Counted from the first letter of the stretch, positions 15,828 to 26,871 are shown. The stretch is 64,000 nucleotides of DNA from an uncultured Solirubrobacteraceae bacterium (GCA_963816955.1 CAWFME010000007.1:16883-80882); one strand, 5' to 3'. Notes: generated by a model not told the origin, from the sequence alone. Translations and numbers: made by a program.

Positions 15828-17512
15828 CGGACCTGCACGCGCACGGTCCGGGTGGCGCCCGTCTCGTACGGGAAGCCGGGCGCGCGGCGGATACGCGCGC
15901 GGAACACGAACAGGCGCCCGCGCGAGCCCGCGGAGCGGAACCGGTAGCGGCCCTGGAAGGAGCCGCGGCGGTTCGTCGTCGCGTCCGCGAACGCCTGGAA
16001 GCGCCGCGCGCCGCGCAGCTTGCCCTGGAGGACGATCGGCACTCCGGCGCGGCGGACGCCTCTCAGGCGCCCGCTCAGGCGGACGGAGCGGCCGACGGCC
16101 GTCGCGCGCGGACGGACCCGCAGCGTGGCGGCGGCCCGCGCCTTCAGCGTCAGGTAGCCGTTGGCGGCGAAGCGGGCGTCGTTGGCCCGCGCGCGCCAGG
16201 CGAACTGGAGCTGGCGCGACGCCTTCGCCCGCACGGTCACGCGGAACGAGCCGTCGGACCGGGTGAGGATGCCGCGGCGGTCGATCGCCCCGGCTCCCTG
16301 GCGCAGGTCGCGCGTGAGCAGGCGAAGCTCGGCGCCGGCGATCGGGTTGCCGTCGGCGTTGATCAGCCGGCCGCGGATGCCCACCTTGCGGTTCTGGCGG
16401 ACGGTCTGGCGCGGGCGCTTGGTGTTGGAGAAGCGCAGGATCACGCGCGCGGGCTCCTTGCCGCCGGTGCCGTTCGGGGCGCCGCGGTCGGACGGCGTGA
16501 TCACGTCGACGGTGTAGGGCCCGCGGTCGACGACGTTGCCGCCCGCGTCGATGAAGCGGATCACGAGCGTCCGGCGGCCGACCTGCAGCGAGCTTGCGCG
16601 GAGCGTCTCGCGGCTCAGGTCCGGGCACGGCTTGGCGAGCCGGGACGAGCACGTGGCGCCACGGTCCGTGCGCTGCTCGCCCGCCTCGTAGGTGAAGCCC
16701 ACGTCGTAGTCCTCCGCGCCGACGACCCGCGGGCCGGCCGGGTCGGTGAGGTCGACGATCTCCACGCGCTCGATGCCCGCGTTGTCGGCCGCGGACACGG
16801 TCACCGGGTCCGAGCCGTCGCGATAGCCGCCTGCGAGCAGGCCGTCCGCCTCGACGGAGGCGCTCGACGGAGGCGTCGGGTCGGAGACCGTGACCTTCGC
16901 GCCGTAGAAGACGTTGTAGATCCGCCCGCCCGGGCCGACCTGGCACGGGGCGGTGTTGCGGCGGTAGCAGCCCACTCGCAGCAGCAGCGTCCGGCCGTCG
17001 TTGCGGTAGGCGGTCAGGGCGGGGAAGCTCGCGCGGGTGACGGTGGCGCGGGCGAGGCGCGTCGGGTTGGCGTACCAGCTGCGCTGCGCGGTGAGCCGGG
17101 AGCGGGTGGCGTCCTCGTAGTCGCCGGCGCCGGCGAAGACGACGTTCCCGAGCTGGTAGAGCGTGAAGAACGGGCGCGTCCCCGACACCGCCGGGTTGCC
17201 GTAGTCGAGCTGCCGGCTCAATGAGAAGTCGGTGATCGCCGTCCCGGCCGGGCTCGTGAACGTCAGGCCGGCGATCGCACCCGCCGCCGAGCGGGTGCCG
17301 GCGTCGACCCGGATCCCGATCAGCTGGCTCGCTCCCGGGCAGGTCGTGTCGACGACGATCCCGGGGCTCGCGAGCGCCGACCACGAGCGGTTGTCGAAGA
17401 CGGTGCCCGCCGAGTTGCAGAAGTGGACGTCGTAGGTGCCGGCTTGGGCGGGCGCGGCGAGCGCGAGCGCGGCGACGGGGGCCGCGGCCGCGGCGAGCAG
17501 GCGCCGCCTCAA
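15824..17512 (-). CDS. secreted multidomain protein, paralog A (Cys-rich N-domain, Ig-like middle, two CarboxypepD_reg-like C-domains)
   Basis: A TTG start at 17510-17512 overlaps the TGA of paralog B (TTGA). It gives (M)RRRLLAAAAAPVAALALAAPAQA/GTYDVHFC, a signal peptide parallel to that of paralog B. The upstream 500 codons of ORF 15824..19099 are an alternate frame of paralog B. Confidence 0.7.
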   Translation of the reverse strand: MRRRLLAAAAAPVAALALAAPAQAGTYDVHFCNSAGTVFDNRSWSALASPGIVVDTTCPGASQLIGIRVDAGTRSAAGAIAGLTFTSPAGTAITDFSLSRQLDYGNPAVSGTRPFFTLYQLGNVVFAGAGDYEDATRSRLTAQRSWYANPTRLARATVTRASFPALTAYRNDGRTLLLRVGCYRRNTAPCQVGPGGRIYNVFYGAKVTVSDPTPPSSASVEADGLLAGGYRDGSDPVTVSAADNAGIERVEIVDLTDPAGPRVVGAEDYDVGFTYEAGEQRTDRGATCSSRLAKPCPDLSRETLRASSLQVGRRTLVIRFIDAGGNVVDRGPYTVDVITPSDRGAPNGTGGKEPARVILRFSNTKRPRQTVRQNRKVGIRGRLINADGNPIAGAELRLLTRDLRQGAGAIDRRGILTRSDGSFRVTVRAKASRQLQFAWRARANDARFAANGYLTLKARAAATLRVRPRATAVGRSVRLSGRLRGVRRAGVPIVLQGKLRGARRFQAFADATTNRRGSFQGRYRFRSAGSRGRLFVFRARIRRAPGFPYETGATRTVRVQVR

Positions 17513-19194
17513 CGGACCCGCACCCTCGCGATCCGCGAGTAGCCGCCCCAGTAGGCGTAGCCGCTGTCGCGCTCGATCTTGATCCGGAACTGGAACGTGC
17601 GGCCGCGCGAGGACGGGTCGCGGAAGACGTAGCTGACGCGGAACCGGCCGTCGCGGCCGATCGTGCCGTCGGCGAAGGTGCGGAAGCGCCCGCGCTTGCC
17701 CGGCCGGCCCTGGGCGACGATGTCGACGCTGCGCCGCGGGCGCTTGCCGGCGAGCCGGCCCGTGAGCCTCACCCGCTGGCCGACGCGGACGCTGTGGGGA
17801 CGCGGCCGGATCGTCGCCGTGGCGCGCGCGAGCAGCGTCACGTAGCCGTTGGCGGCGTAGCGGACGTCGTTGACGTGCGAGGCCCAGGCGAACTGGTACA
17901 GCCGCGAGGCGTAGGCGGTGGCGCGGTAGCGGAACCGGCCCTCGCCGTCCGTCGTCACATAGGAGCGCAGCTTCGCCTCGTCGTCGTCGATGTCGCGCGT
18001 GAGCACGGCGACGCGCGCGTTCGCGATCGGTTGGCCGCCGGCGTTGAGCAGCTGGCCGGCGACGTCGGCCTTGGAGAGGAAGCCGATCGTGCGTCGCGTG
18101 CGGCTGTTGCCGCGCGTGAAGCGGGCGGTGATCGTGGCCGGCTCGGTGGCGTTGGCGCCGTTGAGGGCGCCGCGATCGGACGGGCTCGCGACCTCGGCCT
18201 CGTAAGGGCCGCGCTCGACGACGTTGCGGCCGGCGTCGTAGGCCCGCACGAGCAGCTTGCGCCGGCCGGCCTGCAGCGAGGTCGGGCGCAGCGTCTCCCC
18301 GTAGGAGAGCTGCGGGCACGGGGAGGCGAAGCGGAAGCTGCAGCTCGCGCCGCGGTCGGTCTGCACGCCGCCCGCGTCCGTGTCGTAGTCCTCGGCGCCG
18401 ACGACGGTCGGCGTGCCGGTGACGTCGACGATCTCGACCCGGCGGATGCCGGAGGGGTCCGAGACCTTCACGCGCACGGGGTCGGAGCCGTCGACCCGGC
18501 CGCCGCGCAGCAGGCCGTCGGCGTCGACGGTGAGGTCGCGCGGCGCGGCGGGATCGTTGACGTCGATCTCCGCGCCGCGGATGTTGTTGGCGATGTGCGC
18601 GGCGCCGGTCGAGCTGCACGGCGTGCCGCGCTGCGTGCAGCCGATCCGCACGGTCAGGCTGCGGGCGCCTCCCTGATATGAGGCGAGCGCGGGGAAGCTG
18701 GCCCGGGACACGGTCACGATGCCCGTGTCGGCGTTGCCCTCCGGATAGCCGTACCAGCGCCCCTGGCCGTTGAGCCGGTTGCGCGTGCCGTCGGGGTAGT
18801 TGCCCGCGCCCTCGATCGCGGTCCCGCCGAGCGCGGTGATCACGTGGTAGCGGTGCGTGCCGTCCTGCGTCGGGTTGCGGAAGATGATCCGCTTCGTCAG
18901 CCGGAAGTCGGAGATCGAGGTCCCGGACGGGGTCCGGAACTGCAGCGAGGCCTGGGCCCCGTCGGCGGTGCGGCCACCCGGCGTCTGGTTGAGGCCGATG
19001 TTGTCGTCGCCCGCGCAGTCCTGGTCGGCGGTGATCGAGTTCACGGGAGCGATCAGCTCCCACGAGCGGTTGTCCCAGCTGCGCCCGGCCGCGGTGCACG
19101 CGTACACCGTGTAGACGCCGGCCTGCGCCGGCGCCGCCGCCGCGAGCGCCACCAAGCTCCCGGCCAGCGCCGCGATGCCCCCTGTCCGTCTCAT
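17509..19194 (-). CDS. secreted multidomain protein, paralog B
   Basis: 561 aa. Signal peptide MRRTGGIAALAGSLVALAAAAPAQA/GVYTVYAC. Colinear with paralog A through shared blocks DRGA(T/S)CS, PSDRGA(P/L)NG, G(R/Q)L(I/L)NA(D/G)G(N/Q)PIA and FAWR/FAWA. Confidence 0.75.
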   Translation of the reverse strand: MRRTGGIAALAGSLVALAAAAPAQAGVYTVYACTAAGRSWDNRSWELIAPVNSITADQDCAGDDNIGLNQTPGGRTADGAQASLQFRTPSGTSISDFRLTKRIIFRNPTQDGTHRYHVITALGGTAIEGAGNYPDGTRNRLNGQGRWYGYPEGNADTGIVTVSRASFPALASYQGGARSLTVRIGCTQRGTPCSSTGAAHIANNIRGAEIDVNDPAAPRDLTVDADGLLRGGRVDGSDPVRVKVSDPSGIRRVEIVDVTGTPTVVGAEDYDTDAGGVQTDRGASCSFRFASPCPQLSYGETLRPTSLQAGRRKLLVRAYDAGRNVVERGPYEAEVASPSDRGALNGANATEPATITARFTRGNSRTRRTIGFLSKADVAGQLLNAGGQPIANARVAVLTRDIDDDEAKLRSYVTTDGEGRFRYRATAYASRLYQFAWASHVNDVRYAANGYVTLLARATATIRPRPHSVRVGQRVRLTGRLAGKRPRRSVDIVAQGRPGKRGRFRTFADGTIGRDGRFRVSYVFRDPSSRGRTFQFRIKIERDSGYAYWGGYSRIARVRVR

Positions 19195-19237
19195 CCGCTC
19201 GCTCTATACCCGGGCACTCCGGGAAGTTGCGCGGTGG

Positions 19238-19984
19238 CTAGACACCGGTTCCGGTGCCCGAGCGGCCCGCTCCGCCGGCGAAGCGGCCGGCGCCCTCGAT
19301 CGCGGTCCGCAGCACCTCCCGGCCGAGCTCGGCCTCGCGGGCCAGGCCGGCGGCCTCGAGCAGCGCGCGGCGGTCGGAGAGCATGGTGTCCTGCGGGAAC
19401 GCCGCGAGCCCCTCGGCCATCGCGAGCGCGCGCTTGACGTGCTCGCCGGCGGGGACGACCTCGGTCACGAGGCCGATCGCGTGCGCCTCGGCGGCCTCGA
19501 TCGTGCGGCCGGTGAGGATCAGGTCGAGCGCGCGGCCCTCGCCGACGATCCGCGGCAGCCGCTGGGTGCCGCCGTCGATCAGCGGGACGCCCCAGCGGCG
19601 CTCGGCGAACCCGAAGCGCGCGGCCTCCGTGGCCACGCGCAAGTCGCACCAGAGCGCGAGCTCGAAGCCCCCGGCCAGGCACCAGCCCGAGACGGCGGCG
19701 ATCGTCGGCTTCGGCGAGCTCAGGCGGGTGAAGCCGAGCGGGCCGCCCGGCGCGTCCGGGTCGAGCGTCTCGATCGCCTTGAGGTCCGCGCCCGCGCAGA
19801 ACGCCTGCTCGCCGGCGCCCGTGAGCACGAGCACGCGGGCAGCGTCGTCGGCGCAGAACGCCTCGAAGCCCTCGAGCAGCGCTGCGGCGGTGGCGCCGTC
19901 GACCGCGTTGCGGCGCTCGGGACGGTCGATCGTGAGCAGCGCCGCGGCCCCGCGGCGCTCGTACCTGATCGACGTGGCTACCAG
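19238..19984 (-). CDS. enoyl-CoA hydratase/isomerase (crotonase) family protein
   Basis: IRYERRGAAALLTIDRPERRNAV, FCAGADLK and GWCLAGGFELALWCD crotonase motifs. No ATG/GTG/TTG lies within about 40 codons upstream of IRYE, so the start is placed provisionally at CTG 19982-19984. Confidence 0.8.
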   Translation of the reverse strand: MVATSIRYERRGAAALLTIDRPERRNAVDGATAAALLEGFEAFCADDAARVLVLTGAGEQAFCAGADLKAIETLDPDAPGGPLGFTRLSSPKPTIAAVSGWCLAGGFELALWCDLRVATEAARFGFAERRWGVPLIDGGTQRLPRIVGEGRALDLILTGRTIEAAEAHAIGLVTEVVPAGEHVKRALAMAEGLAAFPQDTMLSDRRALLEAAGLAREAELGREVLRTAIEGAGRFAGGAGRSGTGTGV

Positions 19985-20256
19985 CCGCCGCGCTGGTCGG
20001 CGCGGGCCCGGCGGGCCTTCTCGGCGGCCTTGCGGCGGTCCTTCCGCTTGTCCAGCGTGGCCTGGAGCAGGCTCATCGTGAAGATGAACAGCGGGAAGAA
20101 CGCGATCAGGAAGAAGCCCGCGTTGGTGATGACCTTGTCGTTCGTCTCGCCCCACAGGCCCTCGCCGCCGTCGTGACCCTCGGAGGCCAGCGCGACCGGG
20201 GCGGTCAGGGCGAGCAGGGACACGGTCAGCAGGGCGGTGTGGAGGCTCCGGCGCAT
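19978..20256 (-). CDS. small secreted/membrane protein (92 aa), hypothetical
   Basis: Signal peptide MRRSLHTALLTVSLLALTAPVALA, a TM segment AGFFLIAFFPLFIFTMSLL and a Lys/Arg-rich tail. Excellent GC3 codon bias. Confidence 0.55.
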   Translation of the reverse strand: MRRSLHTALLTVSLLALTAPVALASEGHDGGEGLWGETNDKVITNAGFFLIAFFPLFIFTMSLLQATLDKRKDRRKAAEKARRARADQRGGW

Positions 20257-20285
20257 CGCCGCAAAGCTTACCTATCCTCGGGGTC

Positions 20286-22171
<1,886 letters not shown>

Positions 22172-22175
<4 letters not shown>

Positions 22176-22624
22176 ACCGGCAGCGGGCCTGGCGCCTTCA
22201 CGGTCCGCAGCGCGAAGTTCGAGCGCACGTCGGCGACGTTGGGCAGCTTGAGGAGCGTCTCGAACATCACCCGCTCGTAGTGGGCGAGGTCGGCGACCGC
22301 GACCTCGAGCAGGAAGTCGGCGGAGCCGGAGACGATGTGCGCGGCGACGATCTCCGGCGTCGCGTTGACCGCCTCGCTGATGGCGGCGGCGCTGCGGTCG
22401 GAGTGCCCGTCGACCTTGAGCTCGACGAACACCGTCATCGGGATCCCGACCTTCTGGCGGTCGAGCACGGCGCGGTAGCCGGCGATCACGCCGTCCTGCT
22501 CGAGCGCGCGCAGCCGCCGCAGGCACGGCGAGGGGGAGAGGTGCAGCCGCTCGGCCAGCGCCGCGTTGGAGATCCGTCCCTCCTCCTGCAGCACGGCAAG
22601 CATCTTGCGGTCAGTGGCGTCCAT
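22172..22624 (-). CDS. Lrp/AsnC family transcriptional regulator
   Basis: From ATG 22622-22624: MDATDRKMLAVLQEEGRISNAALAERLHLSPSPCLRRLRALEQDGVI (HTH_AsnC) followed by an RAM/AsnC_trans_reg domain. Divergent from the permease gene. Confidence 0.9.
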
Positions 22625-22697
22625 GGGGCAGATCATTGCGCACAAGGTCGTTGCAGGGGCTGGAAAGAGCACCAAATGCCCGTCGGTCGGCGAGATC

Positions 22698-24227
22698 ATG
22701 TCTCCCATGCTCTCCACCCGTTCCGCGACCGCGCTCTACGTCGGCGCCGTGCTCGGCCCCGGCGTGCTGATCCTGCCGTCGCTGGCCGCCGAGGCCGCCG
22801 GGCCGGCGTCGGTGCTCGCGTGGGCCGGGCTGCTCGCGCTGTCGGTGCCGCTGGCGATCGCGTTCGCGGTGCTCGGCGTGCGCCACCCGGAGGCGGGCGG
22901 GACCGCGGCGTACGCGCGCGCCGCCTTCGGGCGCCGCGCGGGCGCCGTGACCGGCTGGTGCTTCCTCGCCGGCGTGGTGCTCGGCGCGCCGGCCGTCGCG
23001 ATGGTCGGCGGCTTCTACGTCGCCGAGCTGCTCGGCGCGGGCCGCGAGGCCGCGGTCGTCGCCGGGGCGGGCATGATCGCGGCGGTCGTGGCCGCCAACG
23101 CGCGCGGCGTGCACACCACCGCGCGGCTGCAGCTCGCGCTCGCCGCGGTGCTCGCCGCGCTGCTGCTCGTCGCGGTCGTCAGCGCGCTGCCGGAGAGCCG
23201 CGCGGAGCACTGGACCCCGTTCGCGCCGCACGGCTGGGGCGCGGTCGGCACGGCCGCGAGCCTGCTGATGCTCTCGTTCATCGGCTGGGAGGCCGTCTCG
23301 CACCTCGCGGGCGAGCTGCGCGACCCGGCGCGCCAGCTCCCGCGCGCGATCTTCGCCGCGCTCGCGATCGTCGTCGTGCTCTACCTCGGGCTCGCGGTCG
23401 CCACGATCGGCGTGCTCGGCACCGCCGGGCGGGTGGGGACGGTTTCCAACGTGCCGCTCGCCGACCTGATGGCCGCCGGCCTCGGCTCGGCCGGCCGCTC
23501 CGTCACCGCCGGGCTCGCCGTGCTCCTGACCATGGGCGCCATGAACGCCTACGTCGCGGCGGCGGTGCAGCTCGCGGGCGCCCTGGCGGACGAGGGCTCG
23601 GCGCCGGCCGGCTTGCGGCGCCCGCGCGTGGCGCTCGGCCTGTTCGCGGCCGTGGGCGCGGCGCTGCTCGTGCCGCTCGGGTTCGACGCCGTGGGGGTCG
23701 ACGGGCTCGTGCGGGCCTGCAGTGCGGCCTTCGTGGCGGTCTACGTCGCCGCCACCGCCGCGGGCGTCCGGCTGCTCGACGGCTTGGCTCGGGCGGCCGC
23801 CGGGGTCGCGTTCGTGGCGGTGGCGGTCGTGTTCGCGTTCAGCGGGGTGTATGTGGTGGTCCCGGCGGTGGTCGCGCTCGTCGCGCTTACGGCAACGGCG
23901 CTGGGTGGGGGAGCGAGGGTGCGTTCTGGCCGGTGGGGTGCTGGGGGCGAAGCGGATCAGCAGCTCCTCGCCGGACGCGTGGCGCCCGACGATCTTGTCG
24001 AAGATCGCCTTGTTGACCCCGTCGGCGGGGTCGACGACCCAGCGCATGTGCGCGCCGTGGGCGACGCCCATGCCGGCGGCCTTCATCTCCGCGACGATCG
24101 CCTCGTACTTCTCCTGGCCGAGCGGGGTGCCGTCGGCGTTGCGGATGTCGAAGATGTCGTGGTCGCCGCTGAACGGCGGCGAGCAGCTGGTCGCCGCGCG
24201 AGGTCCTCGGGGCGCGCGCCGAGATAG
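22698..24227 (+). CDS. APC-superfamily amino acid permease (3' end uncertain)
   Basis: About 12 hydrophobic segments from ATG 22698 to roughly 23900. Codon quality collapses after ...VVALVALTATAL. No stop occurs in this frame until 24225-24227, so the last ~100 codons are antisense read-through of the neighbouring degraded gene and probably not native. Confidence 0.75.
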   Translation: MSPMLSTRSATALYVGAVLGPGVLILPSLAAEAAGPASVLAWAGLLALSVPLAIAFAVLGVRHPEAGGTAAYARAAFGRRAGAVTGWCFLAGVVLGAPAVAMVGGFYVAELLGAGREAAVVAGAGMIAAVVAANARGVHTTARLQLALAAVLAALLLVAVVSALPESRAEHWTPFAPHGWGAVGTAASLLMLSFIGWEAVSHLAGELRDPARQLPRAIFAALAIVVVLYLGLAVATIGVLGTAGRVGTVSNVPLADLMAAGLGSAGRSVTAGLAVLLTMGAMNAYVAAAVQLAGALADEGSAPAGLRRPRVALGLFAAVGAALLVPLGFDAVGVDGLVRACSAAFVAVYVAATAAGVRLLDGLARAAAGVAFVAVAVVFAFSGVYVVVPAVVALVALTATALGGGARVRSGRWGAGGEADQQLLAGRVAPDDLVEDRLVDPVGGVDDPAHVRAVGDAHAGGLHLRDDRLVLLLAERGAVGVADVEDVVVAAERRRAAGRRARSSGRAPR

Positions 24228-24410
24228 AGGTCCTCCTGGGAGACCGTCTTGACCTTCAGGTCCTCGATCTTCGGCACGGCGCCCTGCTCGAGCCGGTCCG
24301 GGGCGTCGACGTTGGTCGGGCGGACGTCGATCTCGACGCCGGAAGATGTCCACGATCCGCCGCTCGTCGCCCGCGAACAGCACCTGCGAGCCGAGCAGCT
24401 CGACGATCAC
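23887..24410 (-). pseudogene. disrupted gene of unknown function (at least 3 frameshifts)
   Basis: The GTG at 24408-24410 overlaps the TGA of the upstream small ORF. Coding-quality segments lie in different frames. These are VIVELLGSQVLFAGDERRIVDIF, then GVEIDVRPTNVDAPDRLEQGAVPKIEDLKVKTVSQEDLYLGARPEDL, then SGDHDIFDIRNADGTPLGQEKYEAIVAEMKAAGMGVAHGAHMRWVVDPADGVNKAIFDKIVGRHASGEELLIRFAP, then QHPTGQNAPSLPHPAPLP ending at TAA 23887-23889. Confidence 0.5.
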
Positions 24411-24623
24411 TCGACGTCGGCGCGCATGGCCTCCTTGGCCATCTCGTCCGCGACCGGCGTGGCGGCCGGCTCGCGCTGCAGCAGGGAGGCCACGGCCTGG
24501 TTGCCGGCGGAGCGCTGGAGCGCGATCAGCTCGGCGTGCCGCGGCGGCAGCGATCGGCTGGGAGACCGCCTCCGCTTCCCGCGCGTCCGTGTCGCGAGCC
24601 GTCCGTGTCCGCCGATCCGTCAC
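24407..24623 (-). pseudogene. small ORF carrying the LQRSAGN-x-AV motif (one frameshift)
   Basis: The GTG 24621-24623 frame gives (M)TDRRTRTARDTDAREAEAVSQPIAAAAA. The +1 frame continues HAELIALQRSAGNQAVASLLQREPAATPVADEMAKEAMRADVE, ending at TGA 24407-24409. Confidence 0.45.
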
Positions 24624-24674
24624 CGTCGGCGCGAAATTTGCCGGGCCCTGCCGCCGCCGTCCATTCGGGTGGCT

Positions 24675-25550
24675 CTAGTTGCCGGTGCGCGTCCGGGCAG
24701 CCACTGCGGCACCCGGGTCGTCCGCGAACACGCCGTCGACCCCGAGCGCGAGGAAGCGGTCGAGCTCCTCGTCGCCGCTGAGGCCCGCCGGGAGGAACGC
24801 CGGCTCGGGCCGGAACGTCCACGGGTGCACGAGCAGCCCGGCGGCGTGGGCGTCGACCACGAGCGAGGTCGGCTCGTCCAGCCGGCCGTCCGCATCGCGC
24901 GGGATCACCTGGTCCTTGTGCGGGCCGATCGCGTCCGCGTAGGCGGCGATCGCGGCGAGGTCCGGGGCCGCGCCCGCCGTCAGCCGCACGAGCGGATGGG
25001 TGCCGCGCAGCTCGCGCAGGTTGCCCTCCTCGAAGGACTGGATGAAGACGGGGCCGGCGAAGCCCTCGAGCGCGGCGAGCAGCGGCGGCTCGAGCGCCAG
25101 GCCCAGCGCGGCGAAATGCGCGGGGTGCTTCGTCTCGGGATACACGCCGACGCCGGCCCGGGCGGCGAGCGCGACGACCTCCTCCAGCGTCGGGATCCCG
25201 AAGCGCCCGTCGTGGGCGACCCCACGCAGCTCGGGCAGCCGCTCGCGCGCCCGCAGCGTGCGCAGCTCGTCGAGCGTGAAGTCCTCGGTGAACCAGCCCT
25301 CCAGGCGCTTGCCGCCGACGTCCTTGGCCGTCCGGCGGCCGGCGAACTCGGGCCGGGCGGCGACGTCGGTGGTCGCGGAGATCTCGTTGTCGTGGCGCGC
25401 GACGAGCCGCCCGTCGCGCGTGGCGACCACGTCGGGCTCGATGAAGTCGGCGCCGAGGTCGATCGCGAGCTCGTAGGCCGCGAGCGTGTGCTCGGGCCGG
25501 TGGGCGGAGGCGCCGCGGTGGGCGATCACGATCGGCATCGCGTCGTTCAC
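24675..25550 (-). CDS. glycerophosphodiester phosphodiesterase
   Basis: PIVIAHRGASAHRPEHTLAAYELAIDLGADFIEPDVV matches the GDPD active-site region (HRG, E-x-D). 291 aa. The start may be the second Met (MPIVIAHRG). Confidence 0.9.
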   Translation of the reverse strand: MNDAMPIVIAHRGASAHRPEHTLAAYELAIDLGADFIEPDVVATRDGRLVARHDNEISATTDVAARPEFAGRRTAKDVGGKRLEGWFTEDFTLDELRTLRARERLPELRGVAHDGRFGIPTLEEVVALAARAGVGVYPETKHPAHFAALGLALEPPLLAALEGFAGPVFIQSFEEGNLRELRGTHPLVRLTAGAAPDLAAIAAYADAIGPHKDQVIPRDADGRLDEPTSLVVDAHAAGLLVHPWTFRPEPAFLPAGLSGDEELDRFLALGVDGVFADDPGAAVAARTRTGN

Positions 25551-25618
25551 AACATCAGAACAGGCGCTTCACGGGTCCGTAACCGGCTGCGGCCGCCGCG
25601 GCGGAAGGCTCCGTCGCG

Positions 25619-25847
25619 ATGCAGACGGGCACCGCCACCGGCGAGGTCATCAGGGCGGGGAGCTGGAGATCAGGCCCTCGGAGTACCTGGCGCTCGCGGG
25701 CGGCCGGGCCCTGACGATCTCGCTCAAGCAGCTGGAGCTGCTGGCCGCCTGCCGGGATGGACGTTCATCCACACGCACTTCGGGTTCGGCTACCGGTTCC
25801 AGCCCGAGCGTTCACACGTCTTTCACAACACGGCCACAGGTCGGTAA
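25619..25847 (+). pseudogene. relic of an OmpR-family response regulator DNA-binding domain
   Basis: GEVIRAG, then GELEIRPSEYLALAGGRALTISLKQLELLAA, then PGWTFIHTHFGFGYRFQPE lie in three frames, with about 50 codons missing between the second and third. Compare the intact paralog AGELEIRQDQFQAFAAGRNVDLTRREFELIALL ... DWRYIHTHFGIGYRFDPE at 30418..31188. Confidence 0.6.
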
Positions 25848-25905
25848 CAGGAGCGGGGCTTGCCCTTGCGAGCCTCGCTCTCGACGAATGAAGAGAGAGG
25901 GAACG

Positions 25906-26871
25906 ATGACAACTTCCAAGACGCTCCTGCCCGCGCTCGCGCTGGCACTGGCGCTCGGCGTCGCCGCGTGCGGCTCCGATGACGAGGGCACCGCGTCCGG
26001 CAGCGGTGGCGGTGGCGGCGATCAGGCCCTGTCGGGCAAGATCGCGATCGACGGCTCCTCCACGGTCGCGCCGTTCGCGCAGGCGGCCGCCGAGCTGTTC
26101 AACGAGGAGAACCCCGACGTGCAGATCACGGTCGGTGCCTCCGGCACCGGCGGCGGCTTCGAGAAGTTCTGCGCCGGTGAGACCGATATCTCCGACGCCT
26201 CGCGTCCGATCAAGGACGACGAGGAGGTCCCCGTCTGCGAGAAGAACTCGGTCTCCTACGGCGAGGTCCAGATCGCCAACGACGGCATCGCGGTCGTGAC
26301 CAACAAGGCGCTCGCCGTCGACTGCCTCACCACCGACGAGCTCAAGCAGATCTGGAACAAGGGCTCGAAGGTCAAGAGCCTCGCCGAGGTCAAGCCGGAT
26401 CTCCCGGACACGGAGCTTTCGCTCTACGGGCCGGGCACCGACTCCGGCACGTTCGACTTCTTCACCGACGAGATCAACGGCGAGGAGGGCGTCACCCGCG
26501 AGGACTACGAGCCCTCCGAGGACGACAACCAGCTCGTCACCGGCGTCGAGGGTGACGACGGCGGCCTCGGCTACTTCGGCTTCTCCTACTACGAGGGCGC
26601 GCAGGACCAGCTCAACCTGGTCGGCGTGGACGCCGGCGACGGCTGCGTGAAGCCGAGCGCCGAGACGATCCAGGACGGCTCCTACAAGCCGCTGGCCCGC
26701 CCCCTGTTCATGTACCCGAGCTCGAAGGCGGTCGCCCGCCCCGAGGTCAAGGCGTTCATGGAGTTCGTGGTCGCCAACCAGGCCGACATCGCGGACGCCG
26801 CGAAGATCGTGCCGCTGACGGACGAGCAGGCCACCAAGGCGAAGTCCGACCTGCAGGCCGCCCAGCAGTGA
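25906..26871 (+). CDS. pstS: phosphate ABC transporter substrate-binding lipoprotein PstS
   Basis: ATG 25906 lies downstream of a GAGAGGG RBS. Lipobox [17 protein letters not shown] and [12 protein letters not shown] are PstS/PBP-like-2 motifs. Confidence 0.95.
   Translation: MTTSKTLLPALALALALGVAACGSDDEGTASGSGGGGGDQALSGKIAIDGSSTVAPFAQAAAELFNEENPDVQITVGASGTGGGFEKFCAGETDISDASRPIKDDEEVPVCEKNSVSYGEVQIANDGIAVVTNKALAVDCLTTDELKQIWNKGSKVKSLAEVKPDLPDTELSLYGPGTDSGTFDFFTDEINGEEGVTREDYEPSEDDNQLVTGVEGDDGGLGYFGFSYYEGAQDQLNLVGVDAGDGCVKPSAETIQDGSYKPLARPLFMYPSSKAVARPEVKAFMEFVVANQADIADAAKIVPLTDEQATKAKSDLQAAQQ

Noticed and set aside
15824-19099. Single 1091-aa giant secreted protein
   Set aside because: The upstream 530 codons are an Arg/Pro-rich alternate frame of paralog B. 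A signal peptide and a TTG start overlapping the paralog B stop give a 562-aa protein colinear with its neighbour.
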